NCBI GenBank assembly: GCA_965237775.1
Contig: OZ250155.1
Coordinates: 5,057,419 to 5,121,418, forward strand
DNA length: 64,000 nucleotides
Direction of reading: 5' to 3'
Source of the DNA: Dehalococcoidia bacterium
GTDB lineage: Bacteria > Chloroflexota > Dehalococcoidia > Lucifugimonadales > UBA3495
This document shows, in pieces, positions 39,958 through 49,735 of this stretch; the stretch's first letter is position 1, and the number at the start of each line of letters is the position of its first letter. A model generated the notes under the pieces. It worked only from the letters and a program-made list of their open reading frames with translations. It was not told the DNA's origin and did not search any database. The position numbers and the translations under genes are program-made.

Positions 39958-40575
39958 CTATGGGCAATAGTTCTTGCTAATCTCAGCATTGAATTCTGCA
40001 GGGTCGTACCAGTAGCACCCAACGCAAGTCCCTCTGTATTGGCTGTCTCCTACTGTCCATCCTACTGAGTAATGAAGTTCCCTTGCATCAAATCGTGTTT
40101 TCGAAGATTGGCAACGGTCACAGTGTGTTCGTTTCGCTCCGTTGACAGCTTTTGTCATGGGCTGATAATCCGATGGTTCGAGCCGCCTGGGGATGTCTTT
40201 GCGCCCGTCTTTGTGGTCTGCTTCGAGGTTGGCGCTTGTGCCGAGCACCACGCAGCGTTGGTTGCTGGTTACTGCCTTCCGTAGCCAATCAGGGGTTTGT
40301 GTGTTAATTGGCCGGTCGTTGAATCCCATCAGCTGAATTGAACTGATGCTGCCTTTGGAACCATCTCTGGTACGTCCGATGATGTATTTTCTGCCCAGTG
40401 GCCCGTCGCTCCTGCACCATGAGCCTCCATTGCCGAAGTTGTTCAGTTTCGCGTACTCGCCTATGAATTCTTCACGTCTCACTACTCTGGACACGCCTCT
40501 ATGGTCAGGCTCTGCTATTTCTTCAAATAATCCTGCTAAGCCTTGTAGTTTTCTCGCTCTTGGGTCAAGCGTCAT
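39958..40575 (-). CDS. NlaIII/IceA1-like HNH restriction endonuclease
   Basis: LF.E.A.PD..GVSR, GNGGSWCR, DHKDGRKD, N..KR..C..C...RFDA and CVGCYWYDP are recalled hallmarks of NlaIII/IceA1. Confidence 0.8.
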   Translation of the reverse strand: MTLDPRARKLQGLAGLFEEIAEPDHRGVSRVVRREEFIGEYAKLNNFGNGGSWCRSDGPLGRKYIIGRTRDGSKGSISSIQLMGFNDRPINTQTPDWLRKAVTSNQRCVVLGTSANLEADHKDGRKDIPRRLEPSDYQPMTKAVNGAKRTHCDRCQSSKTRFDARELHYSVGWTVGDSQYRGTCVGCYWYDPAEFNAEISKNYCP

Positions 40576-41423
40576 TCGCTGACCTCTTTGACTCGGCCCT
40601 TTGCTACTTCGACGTACTGGGGGTCAATGTCTCCTCCGATGAACTTTCGGTTATTGCTCACAGCTGCGACTGCGGTTGTTCCGGATCCCAGGAATGGGTC
40701 TACTATGATGTTGTTGGGATTAGAATGGATTCGTACTAATTCGTTGAATAGCTGGAGCGGTTTCTGTGTGGGGTGGAGCCTTTTGCCCCCATCTCTTGGT
40801 ATCGGCATCCGGAACACCCCTGAGTGGTACTTTTCGTTGAATGTTGGGTTGCTCCCTTTTACTCCGAGTAGAGCAATTTCCCTGCTGTTTGTCAGGTAAT
40901 TGACGCGCTGATTCAGGGGTACGGGGTTGCTTTTTTCCCATACGATGAGTCTCCGTTGCTTGAAACCTGCTTCTAGCATTGCTTGGGATAGGTACGACAG
41001 TTTCCACAGGTCGTACCAGATGATTGCAGTGCCGCCTTTCCTTAGGCAGGAGTAAACCAGTCTGGCTAGTTGTGGGAGGTCTATCATCGACTTGTCCCAT
41101 TCCCCGAAGTCCATGTTGACCCTGAGCCGTTTTACCCCACGAGTTCCGCAGTTTTTGAATCCAGTATTTTTACTTATTGTGTAAGGTGGGTCTGTTAGTA
41201 CGAGGTCAATATTCCCTGACTCTAGGCGAGCTAGCAAGTCAGTGTAGTCCTCGACTGTTATCTGAGGTTCTTTCCCTGGTTTGGTTAGGTCAGGCTCGTT
41301 CGGATCAGTGTTGGTTCGCGTACCGGTGGCGACCAGGTCCACCGTCTCCGAGTTCGTCCCCCGGAGGACGTCGAGGTTGTCCATGTTGTACAGGACGTTA
41401 TCTGAGAAGTTCTGCCCGGCCAC
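40572..41423 (-). CDS. N4/N6 DNA methyltransferase (beta order); the first ~33 aa come from a different MTase gene
   Basis: TDPPY, HPTQKP, DPFLGSGTT. The N-terminal DNLDVLRG.NSETVDL.AT stops just before its own DPP motif, with a GC shift near 41325. Confidence 0.88.
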   Translation of the reverse strand: MAGQNFSDNVLYNMDNLDVLRGTNSETVDLVATGTRTNTDPNEPDLTKPGKEPQITVEDYTDLLARLESGNIDLVLTDPPYTISKNTGFKNCGTRGVKRLRVNMDFGEWDKSMIDLPQLARLVYSCLRKGGTAIIWYDLWKLSYLSQAMLEAGFKQRRLIVWEKSNPVPLNQRVNYLTNSREIALLGVKGSNPTFNEKYHSGVFRMPIPRDGGKRLHPTQKPLQLFNELVRIHSNPNNIIVDPFLGSGTTAVAAVSNNRKFIGGDIDPQYVEVAKGRVKEVSE

Positions 41424-41493
41424 GTACTCATTGTTTCATGTACATGGTCCCATTCGTTTTAGCTTTTCGGGACTGTCTTGGAGTCTCACGTAA

Positions 41494-42579
41494 TGAACCA
41501 AGGCCAGGGAGAAATGTGCGGGGGATAGAGTAATTTGGGGAGGGATTGGGTTAGCCTGCGTTGGGGTTGGAGATGGGTGCGAGAGAGATAGAGCGGTTCC
41601 TCAAACAGTGGCAGATGGATGCAACGGATTTGCGCAGGCGGTTGCTTCTGGCCCGACACCCCGGGAGCGGGAAAGGTGGCACGTCCTCTGGCTCTTGGAC
41701 TAGGGTTGGACCGCCTCGGCGGTGTCCGGGGCACTGGACCGGGACCCCCACACCATCGGCCGGTGGGCCGCCGCCTTCGGCGAAGGTGGTTCGAGGGCTC
41801 TGATTTTCGAGCAGTCCGGAGGTTCCCCACCTTCGCCGGGGCGCAGTAGGCCACACTGAAAGGGTCGGCGCAGGAGTTGCCTGCGGCAGTTGGCATTGAA
41901 CTGGCCAACTGGAAGGTGGGGCGGTAGTTTGTCTCCCAGAGCTTCGGCATCAGCCTGAGCTGCGGCGGTCCGGGACCAAGATTCTCTTCGCTGAGGAGGC
42001 GCACTTCCGGGCGGACGCCGAACTGCGGGGCAAGTGGGTGCTGAAGGGAGAGTCGGCCCTGGTGGATTCGACCAGCCCGTGCGTGGCGGGAAGGCCAGCC
42101 GCTACTCGGCGGTGTGCCTGGAGACAGGAGAGGTGGGATGGATGGAACTGAAGGGGAACAGCAACGCTGAAACCTCCACCGCTTTCCTGAATCAACTGCG
42201 CAGGAAGCACCCCGGATCGTTGGCCGTGATCTGGGACAATGCCTCAGCGCGCCGTCGCGAGGCGGTGCGGGAGTGCCTGAGGACGTCCGGCCGGGGCCTG
42301 CGGCTGATGAATCTGCCGGGCTACAGTCCGGACTTCAATGCCGATGAGACGATCTGGGGCTGAGTGAGGGAGGAGGCGACCGGGAACCTGTGCCTGGGGA
42401 CCAAGTCTCGGGTGCAAGAGAGGGTGGGGAACTTCTTCGCCGCGCTGGCTGGACGGAAAGAAGAGGTCAAACACCGCTGCCGGATCGTCCTGCAATCGTG
42501 GGCTGAAAGAATACTGCGAGACTCCCAGCCCCATCGCCAACCCCAGGCAAATGCACATCCCACCTTGGCTTTGGTTTAG
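41494..42579 (+). mobile_element. IS630-family IS, transposase pseudogene
   Basis: EAHFRADA, VIWDNA and LPGYSPDFNADE.IW motifs; right end ATGCACATCCCACCTTGGCTTTGGTTTAG matches the MITE ends. Confidence 0.88.
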
Positions 42580-42805
42580 TAGACTTCTCCATCCACTGGA
42601 TGCCGCTTTACCCACGTATTCATCTTACGCATCGGCAGAGAGGTCGTTGACATGTAGAGGTTTCATACCATCCCGTTGTGGTTTCACCGGGGCGCGAAAA
42701 ACCTTGAAGTTGCCACCTTCTTCGAGAGAGCTTGTCGGGCTGTGTATAATCCAACCCATACACAAGGTGAGAAATCTTTGGCCTCGTGGCAGACGGGCGG
42801 TTTCC

Positions 42806-44557
42806 ATGAAGTTAATGGTCAGAACCTTGAACTTTCCCATTAAAAGAATCCTATTTGTGGTGGCCATTCCGGTCGCCCTCGCAGCCTTTTACTTGGGGTT
42901 ACCCCCATTAGGATGCGCGGCATTAGTTGGAGGCATGGTTTGTATTCTGCCGTGGGCCTTCATGCGGAGCCTCTACTGGAAGGCGTCACGTCGCTTGCAA
43001 GAGGCCAGGCCCTACTACAAGCGGGGTGACGCCAACCGCTATAAAAGGGAGTATGACCGGGCGATAGTTGAGTACAGCACTGCTATTGGCATTGACCGAG
43101 ACAATTTGCGAGCCTACTGCGCCAGGGGATCCGTCTATATGCTGAAAGGCGAATATGACCTAGCGATCGCCGATTTCGACACTGCCATCAACATTGACCC
43201 CATCCTTCGCGGCCTCGCCTACCGCGAATTTATGGGCCGTGATGCTGGGGAATACGACTTGGCAAATGCCTACAACGACCGAGGCTACGCCTATCATGCC
43301 AAAGGGGAATACGACTTGGCGATTGCTGATTTCGACGCCGCCATTCGCATTAACCATCCCGGTTTTGATAAGGCCGGGACTTACAACAACCGTGGTCTCG
43401 CGTACCATGCCAAAGAGGAATACGACCTGGCGGTTGCCGATTTCAACGCCGCCATCGGCTTGGGCTCCCGCGAGGCGGAGTACTACAACAACCGGGGCCT
43501 CGCCTACTTGGCCAAAGGTGAGTATGACCTTGCAATCGCCGACTTCGACACCGTTATTAGCATTGACCCCAACGGTGTTTTCATGTTGGAGGCCTATGAC
43601 GGCCGACGCAAGGCCTACGAAGCAAAAGGGGATTATAAGTTGGCAGCCAGCGAATTCGAAGCTGGCAACCGCATTATTTGGCGGGACGCCGAAGATGCGG
43701 AGGGAGATGGCGAAGCCGACGAAGCGATAATTTACTACGAGAAGGCCAGCTACTATTACAGTAAGGAAGAGTATGATTTGGCGATTGCGGAATACGACAC
43801 AGCCATTGGCATTGACCCCGACGATGAGGCTGGCTACAACAACCGTGGCCTCGTCTACCTCGCCAAATGTGAGTATGACTTGGCGATTGCCGATTTCGAC
43901 ACCGCCATTGCCATTAACCCCGACATTTGGGTGGCCTACGAGAGCCGGGATATAGCCTACATAGCCAAAGGGGATTCTAACCCGGAAGTGATAGAGGCCT
44001 ATACGAGACGAGGGCTGGCCTACATCACCACAGGGGAGCATGACATGGCTATCGAAGATTTCAACACCGCCATTCGCATTGACCCCGGCCACGTACAGGC
44101 CTATGTCAGCCGGGGCCTCGCCTACTACGCTCAAGGGGAGCATGACTTGGCGATTACCGACTTCGAAGCCGCTGTTAGCACCGATCCCGGGTACGCCCAG
44201 GCCTATATCATCCGTGGCCTCGTCTACATAACCAAGGGGGAGCATGATCTAGCGATCGCCGATTTTGACACTGGCATTGGAATTGACCCCAGCGATGCGG
44301 AGGCTTACAACGACCGAGGCCAAGCCTACAAAGCCAAAGAGAAGTATGACTTGGCTATTGCCGATTACACAGCCGCCATTAGCATCGACTCTAATTTTGC
44401 AGGAGCATACCACAACCGGAGTTTCGCCTACCTCGCCAAAGGAGAGTCCAGCTTGGCGATGGCCGACCACTATGCCGCCATTGCCATCGATCCTAATTTT
44501 GCGGAAGAAGACTATGTCCGGCTGGATATCCCCTACCCGGCTGGAGGACAAGGATGA
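42806..44557 (+). CDS. Membrane-anchored TPR repeat protein
   Basis: Two N-terminal TM helices, then more than 12 repeats of AY.NRG.AY..KGEYDLAIADFD.AI.IDP. The longer ORF start at 42551 lies inside the IS end. Confidence 0.92.
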   Translation: MKLMVRTLNFPIKRILFVVAIPVALAAFYLGLPPLGCAALVGGMVCILPWAFMRSLYWKASRRLQEARPYYKRGDANRYKREYDRAIVEYSTAIGIDRDNLRAYCARGSVYMLKGEYDLAIADFDTAINIDPILRGLAYREFMGRDAGEYDLANAYNDRGYAYHAKGEYDLAIADFDAAIRINHPGFDKAGTYNNRGLAYHAKEEYDLAVADFNAAIGLGSREAEYYNNRGLAYLAKGEYDLAIADFDTVISIDPNGVFMLEAYDGRRKAYEAKGDYKLAASEFEAGNRIIWRDAEDAEGDGEADEAIIYYEKASYYYSKEEYDLAIAEYDTAIGIDPDDEAGYNNRGLVYLAKCEYDLAIADFDTAIAINPDIWVAYESRDIAYIAKGDSNPEVIEAYTRRGLAYITTGEHDMAIEDFNTAIRIDPGHVQAYVSRGLAYYAQGEHDLAITDFEAAVSTDPGYAQAYIIRGLVYITKGEHDLAIADFDTGIGIDPSDAEAYNDRGQAYKAKEKYDLAIADYTAAISIDSNFAGAYHNRSFAYLAKGESSLAMADHYAAIAIDPNFAEEDYVRLDIPYPAGGQG

Positions 44558-44623
44558 GTTCGCGACCGCCCATTTCGAAACTGCCAAACTCATTACCTGA
44601 AATGGCTCCAATTAGCAGGTCCT

Positions 44624-45121
44624 ATGGAACCTTTTAAACTCCGGCCGTGGAAAATAAGCATTTCGCCAGGCTGCGACGCCCGGTTTTACACATGTGCCCG
44701 GCCAGGCAGGTCCAAAGGGCCAGATGGCGCTGTGCCAGACGACGTCGTTTCCTCTTGGGTCAAAGGGTTGCCTGGTCCCGATACGGCAATTATATCGCTG
44801 TTGGGTCGCAAATCAGACAAAAACGGCCTTTGTGAATACTCCTTCTACTCATTCTGTGGAGCATGGGACCGCCCCGAAGAACCCGGACGTCGACCGTATT
44901 TCCAAGAGTGGCTTGATCAAAATCATAAAGAACTCAAAATTTTGGTACGTGAACGTCCGACCTACGACAACCGCCCAATTCCCTCCGACACGATTAAGGC
45001 CATAGCCACTGACGTACATGAGCTTAATAGAGAGGGCCGGACAGTAGTTGTGATGGACTCTGGCGGCGTGGGTCGTACAGGGGACGTAGTTGCGTATCTC
45101 AGGGCTACACAGGACACTTAG
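44624..45121 (+). CDS. Dual-specificity/tyrosine-phosphatase-fold protein with Asp in place of the catalytic Cys
   Basis: ARPG, IISLLG, P.YD and VVVMDSGGVGRTG, compared with the canonical VVHCxxGxGRTG. Confidence 0.6.
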   Translation: MEPFKLRPWKISISPGCDARFYTCARPGRSKGPDGAVPDDVVSSWVKGLPGPDTAIISLLGRKSDKNGLCEYSFYSFCGAWDRPEEPGRRPYFQEWLDQNHKELKILVRERPTYDNRPIPSDTIKAIATDVHELNREGRTVVVMDSGGVGRTGDVVAYLRATQDT

Positions 45122-46021
45122 CCCGAATCCACCGAAGGAGGGCGTCGGGTCAGCTACCTGAAGCGGCTGGAAGGTGCTCCTGTGCATCTGGGATGATGGT
45201 TTGAAACAGCATACCGGCCCCGAAGCAGGAGCACCCAATAGATGCTGCCACGCAACCACCCCGACCGCATCCAAATCGCCTTCGACGACCACCGCCTGGT
45301 GGCCAACGCCGGCCTGCTCCTTCCAGCCACCTTGGCCCTGCACCTCGGCCTTTCCCAATTGGTACAGCAGCGCCTGGACCTGGGCGATGCGCCGGGCCGG
45401 GCCAACCCCGGCGACAAGATAATGACGCTGGTCGCTTCCGCGCTGGCTGGCGGCGACTGCATCGACGACGCCGATGCGTTGCGCGCTGGCGGGGTGGCCT
45501 GCGCTCTCGGCAGCGTAGTCAAGGCGCCATCCACCCTGGGCACTTTCCTGCGCAGCTTTCGCTGGGGCCACGTCCGCCAACTGGACCGGGTGAGCCGCGA
45601 GTTGCTGGCACGGGCATGGCAGGCCGGAGCCGGACCCGGCGACGCGCCATTTACCATCGACCTCGATTCCACCATCTGCGCGACCTACGGGTTGGCAAAG
45701 GAGGGAGCGCGCCATCATGGTTACACCCGCCAGCGGGGCTATCACCCGCTGCTGGCCGTGGCCGCTGGCACCGGCGACGTGCTGATGGCCCGGCTGCGGG
45801 GGGGAACTATCCCGCCCACTAAATTGAAGATGAACATCCTTTGCCTCGGCGTGTTAGCGTGCGCTCTCGTGGCCTGCTCAACGTCGGGACCAACAACGAC
45901 GCCTATCCGCGCCCTGCAGGAGCCCGTCCCCGAGGCGATGGAAGACATGGTCGGGGAGTGGGTGCGGGAGCACGCTCCGGAGATAGCGGAAGCCCTCCTC
46001 CGGGAGGTAGACAAACACGAC

Positions 46022-46162
46022 CTAAACTAAAGCCAAGGTGAAATGTGCATTTCCGGAATCTGCAGCGACTCGGCAGACCTTCCTCCAATTGCAGGACATA
46101 GATACTACCGGGATACTTGAGTCCCATTTCCCTGTACCCCCCAATATAGATTCCACCTTGGC
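46022..46162. mobile_element. IS630-end MITE, core type C, inner TIR truncated
   Basis: Left end CTAAACTAAAGCCAAGGTGAAATGTGCAT; right end stops after ATATAGATTCCACCTTGGC. Confidence 0.8.
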
Positions 46163-46409
46163 GTTACAATATTATGGACCGGGAGGAGCAGCGGAGACCG
46201 TCTGAGACTGAAGGAGACCAGGACTAGGTCTGCTTCACCCTCATCACCATATCCACCAGGTGCCAATGGTATCCGCGCCGGTTTAACGGGCGGACTGGAC
46301 AGTCCCATCCGCCGCGTAATAGCAGAGCGGGGACCGTAAGTAAACCGCATCTAGCCCGTTTCCGGGGACCTGGAGTTCGTGGGCTCCCAATCTTCATTCC
46401 GAGGAGAAC

Positions 46410-48008
46410 ATGACTCATACGGAGAATGCGACAATGCGGATGCTGAAATGGTTCGCCCCTATCTTTGCCGCCGGAACGTTGACCGTATTCGCCGCTTGCG
46501 CGTCCGCCTCCACCAGCGAACCTGCGCTCGAACCCACGGCGACGCCTGCGGACGATTCGCCGCAGGCGCCGTCCGTTTCAACTGTCATTGGCACGCCCGT
46601 ACCTCGTTCTGATGTCGGGACGGTTTTCGACAGACCCTTGTCCTCCGGTCTGTCCGTTGCCGACGTGACGGAGAACGCGCTGCCCAGCGTGGTCCAAATC
46701 ATCGCGGGTTCCGGCTCCGGGACGGGTTTCATCATCAACGAGAACGGGCTGACGGTCACCAACAGGCACGTAGTCGAAGGGAATAACCGGGTTGCCGTCC
46801 GGCTGGCGACAGGGGAGGAATACCGGGGCAGCGTGACCGAACGGCATCCAAACCTCGATTTGGCCTACGTCGAGATTGACGCCAACCGGCGTTTCACCCC
46901 CATAGCTATTGGCAACTCCGACAAAATCCGCGTTGGCGACGACGTTATCGCCATCGGTTTCCCCTTGGGCCGGTCACTGGGGCTGGAGCCTACGGTCAGC
47001 GTCGGAATCATCTCGGCCAAGCGGAATAACCGCCTGCAAACGGACGCATCCCTGAATCCGGGAAACAGCGGCGGGCCGCTGCTGGATATGTTCGGCCAGG
47101 TCGCCGGAGTGGTTGTCTCCAGGGTGGAAACCAACAAAGCCGGAAGGCCCGTCACCGGCATCGGCTTCGCCATTCCCATCAACGCGGTGAAGTCGGGGCT
47201 TGGGGGGCAGGTTTCCCGGGCCGGCAGGGCGCTGCCCACGCCCACCCTGACGCCCTTCCCGGCGATAGCCCTGCCCCCAAACGTCGAGGCCACCAAGGCT
47301 GCGATGGACGCCATAGACGCCCACCGGCGGCAGGTGGAGCAGGCCACCCGCACGGCCATCGAAGCACAGCAGGAAGCCGAGCGCTACGCCGCCTCCCTGG
47401 AAGCCACCCGCATCGCCGAACTGCCCACACCGACGCCAACGCCGCTGCCGACGGCCACCCCGACGCCGACACCTACGCCCTTGCCCACGGCCACGCCGAC
47501 TCCAACGCCCACGCCAACACCGGAACCCACGCCGACCCCACTACCCACGCCCACACCGCATCCACGCACGTTCTGCCAGGAATGGGAAGCCCTGGCGCTT
47601 GATTGGATAAAGCAGGGCAATAACTATTACAATTCGAATTATCCTCAATCACGTGGAGTGTCCTCAGTTGTACCTGACCACTCCCAGTTGTCTGCTAAGG
47701 AAGCGCACTCGTTGTGTCTTACTGCATTATTCCCGCTCGGCATCATAGAAAATAGAGGTAGTTCGAGCGTCGGAGATGGGCAAGGCCAGCTTCTGCCGGG
47801 CACTTATGAGTACCGGAGGGAGGGAGATAAGCGTGTGCCGGGGAGATGCCAGATCAATCTCAACTGGAACGAGGATAACCAGCAATCCGTAAAGATGCCC
47901 CACGGTGAGCCATTCACTTTCCGGTTCTATCAGTATCATGGGAAGGTTAGCTATGGGGCGGAATACAGGGACCGTTGCGACGGTGCCCTCTACCGCATTG
48001 GGGACTGA
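46410..48008 (+). CDS. Lipoprotein trypsin-like (S1C/HtrA-type, no PDZ) serine protease with PT linker
   Basis: FAAC lipobox; [28 protein letters not shown]; Pro-Thr repeats at about 47420-47560. Confidence 0.9.
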   Translation: MTHTENATMRMLKWFAPIFAAGTLTVFAACASASTSEPALEPTATPADDSPQAPSVSTVIGTPVPRSDVGTVFDRPLSSGLSVADVTENALPSVVQIIAGSGSGTGFIINENGLTVTNRHVVEGNNRVAVRLATGEEYRGSVTERHPNLDLAYVEIDANRRFTPIAIGNSDKIRVGDDVIAIGFPLGRSLGLEPTVSVGIISAKRNNRLQTDASLNPGNSGGPLLDMFGQVAGVVVSRVETNKAGRPVTGIGFAIPINAVKSGLGGQVSRAGRALPTPTLTPFPAIALPPNVEATKAAMDAIDAHRRQVEQATRTAIEAQQEAERYAASLEATRIAELPTPTPTPLPTATPTPTPTPLPTATPTPTPTPTPEPTPTPLPTPTPHPRTFCQEWEALALDWIKQGNNYYNSNYPQSRGVSSVVPDHSQLSAKEAHSLCLTALFPLGIIENRGSSSVGDGQGQLLPGTYEYRREGDKRVPGRCQINLNWNEDNQQSVKMPHGEPFTFRFYQYHGKVSYGAEYRDRCDGALYRIGD

Positions 48009-48078
48009 TTTGCCTCTAAAGTCGGAATCGTGGCAAGGGAAGGTTTGATACTTCCCTCAATAACAGAGAGATAGATGT

Positions 48079-48291
48079 ATGACGTACAGGGAAATTCAAC
48101 GCAGTGCAGCTCAAAAACTGGGCGTCCAACCATCTTCAGTGAAGACCTGCTGGATAGCGGAGGTAAAGCGCGAGTTTGGGCTTACACAAGGGAGGGCGCC
48201 AAAAGCCGGCCAAGGCCGAGGCGCCCCACCATGCCCGCCTCGTTATCGTGATGCGATTACACAGTGCATCCGTGCCCGCTCTTTAAAATAG
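48079..48291 (+). CDS. Small basic hypothetical protein
   Basis: TYREIQ...KTCWIAEVKREFGL...PCPP...AI; resembles a small domain seen at some RlmD C-termini (recalled, unverified). Confidence 0.6.
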   Translation: MTYREIQRSAAQKLGVQPSSVKTCWIAEVKREFGLTQGRAPKAGQGRGAPPCPPRYRDAITQCIRARSLK

Positions 48292-48299
48292 ACGTTACC

Positions 48300-48395
48300 G
48301 TTGGGCATAAGGGAGATGAAGCGGTTCCTCGAACAGTTGCAATTGGATGCGGGCGATGTAAGGAGGCGGATTCATCTGGCTCCTACACCGCTTGG
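48300..48395 (+). pseudogene. IS630 transposase N-terminal fragment
   Basis: Similar to 41575-41660 (RE..RFL.Q.Q.DA.D.RRR..LA). Confidence 0.55.
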
Positions 48396-48552
48396 GCTTT
48401 GTCCTGAAGCGGCCCAGGAAACGGTTGGCTTGGCCGGTTCAGCGACTTGGAGCGCGTAGGGCGGTCCGGACTGTTAAGCTCCAATCATGTTGATGAAACG
48501 TATGCCCCGGACTTCCTGGAGACTCTCAGACGACTGGTAGACCGGATGAGGT

Positions 48553-49236
48553 ATGAGGATTGTGAACGACAGCCCGATAGTTGTCATCCAATGCGCCGGC
48601 AGCAAGCAGAGCCATGCCGGTTGCCTTGGCCTTCGCAGCAGTGGGGAAGTGCTGTTCGTCTCCGACCCGGATAAAGCTCCCCAAGACGAATATACCTATG
48701 CTCATCCCGACGGCCAAGCGGACATTGGGGAGACGTGGCGGGAGAAGTTGTGGCGATACAATAAACGGCATAAGGACGCTCCAGGAGACAACCCTTTGGG
48801 GCTGCTGCCCGCCTGGCAGCTTTACAGGCATCCGATCTATGCCCGACTGGCGGAAAAGTACGGGCCGGAGCACCTCTACATCCTGTCGGCTGGCTGGGGC
48901 CTGATTAGGGCAGGTTTTCTGACGCCGGACTATGACATTACCTTCAGCAACAATGCAGAACCCTACAATCGCAGGCGCGAACGGGATGCTTACGACGATT
49001 GGCGTATGCTGCCTGACGACACTGCCGAGCCGGTCGTATTCTTCGGCGGCAAAAGCTATATAAAGCTGTTTTGTGCATTGACCGAACGGGTGAAAGGGCC
49101 GAGGCACGTATTCTTTAATTCACGGAATGCGCCGGATGCACCAGGTTGCCATCTCCGAAAGTTCGACACCAGAACCAGAACCAACTGGCACTATGAATGC
49201 GCCCGAGCATTTATGGACGGGAAGGTCAAGATTTAG
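48553..49236 (+). CDS. DUF6884/YaaA-like hypothetical protein
   Basis: VIQCAGSK, PAWQLY and ILSAGWGLI...YD.TF pattern. Confidence 0.6.
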   Translation: MRIVNDSPIVVIQCAGSKQSHAGCLGLRSSGEVLFVSDPDKAPQDEYTYAHPDGQADIGETWREKLWRYNKRHKDAPGDNPLGLLPAWQLYRHPIYARLAEKYGPEHLYILSAGWGLIRAGFLTPDYDITFSNNAEPYNRRRERDAYDDWRMLPDDTAEPVVFFGGKSYIKLFCALTERVKGPRHVFFNSRNAPDAPGCHLRKFDTRTRTNWHYECARAFMDGKVKI

Positions 49237-49244
49237 AAACAATG

Positions 49245-49460
49245 TCAAAATAGTAACCGGTGCTGACGACGATACCAGAGATGGGAGTACGCCAAGTGGA
49301 TCAGCCCCTTGTAGTTGGATACCTCTTTGTCATAGCGGACCAGGGTCGCCCGGTGCTTGGACAGCCAGGCCAACGTGCGTTCCACCACCCAGCGACGGGC
49401 CGGAAAGATGAGGTGAAGCGGCGCTGCCGGACCGTCCTGCAATCAAAGCCGAAGGGCCAG
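49245..49460. pseudogene. IS5-family C-terminal fragment (minus) joined to an IS630 C-terminal fragment (plus)
   Basis: RRWVVERTLAWL...LVRYDK on the minus strand; RKDEVKRRCRTVLQS on the plus strand matches 42455-42500. Confidence 0.7.
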
Positions 49461-49584
49461 TAGTCCGAAAACTCCGAAATGATGAGTAACCGAGTTGGAT
49501 ATGACTTGCCGAAACACCTTGGCTGGTGGTCTTCACGGGTCAAAAACCAGCCCATTCACCCATCAATACAAAGGCGTTGGTCTA

Positions 49585-49735
49585 CTAAACCAAAGCCAAG
49601 GTGAAATACGCATATGGAGAAAGTCATCGGCGGCGCCGGACCACCTCCAAGTGCAGGTGGAAGAGCTTCACCGTGCGCGCCTGAGCCAATCTTCATCGCC
49701 CCGCAAATGTAGATTCCACCTTGGCTTTAGTTTAG
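49585..49735. mobile_element. IS630-end MITE, core type B (151 bp)
   Basis: Same ends; core shares GGAAGAGCTTCAC and GCCAATCTTCATCGCCCC with 33772-33924. Confidence 0.88.

Noticed and set aside
42806-44557. TPR or GLUG nucleotide repeats as a diversity-generating retroelement template/variable pair
   Set aside because: No reverse transcriptase is present and the differences do not look adenine-specific.
45242-46030. 262-aa transposase-lipoprotein fusion protein
   Set aside because: Incidental read-through across the cassette insertion junction.
47420-47560. Short tandem repeats
   Set aside because: They encode a Pro-Thr linker of the protease; similar linkers occur at about 21200-21400 and 29700-29940.
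19413-49735. CTAAAC...GTTTAG repeats as a CRISPR array or true integron attC sites
   Set aside because: They are dispersed inverted pairs matching the IS630 end, not tandem direct repeats with spacers; no cas or intI gene is in the window.
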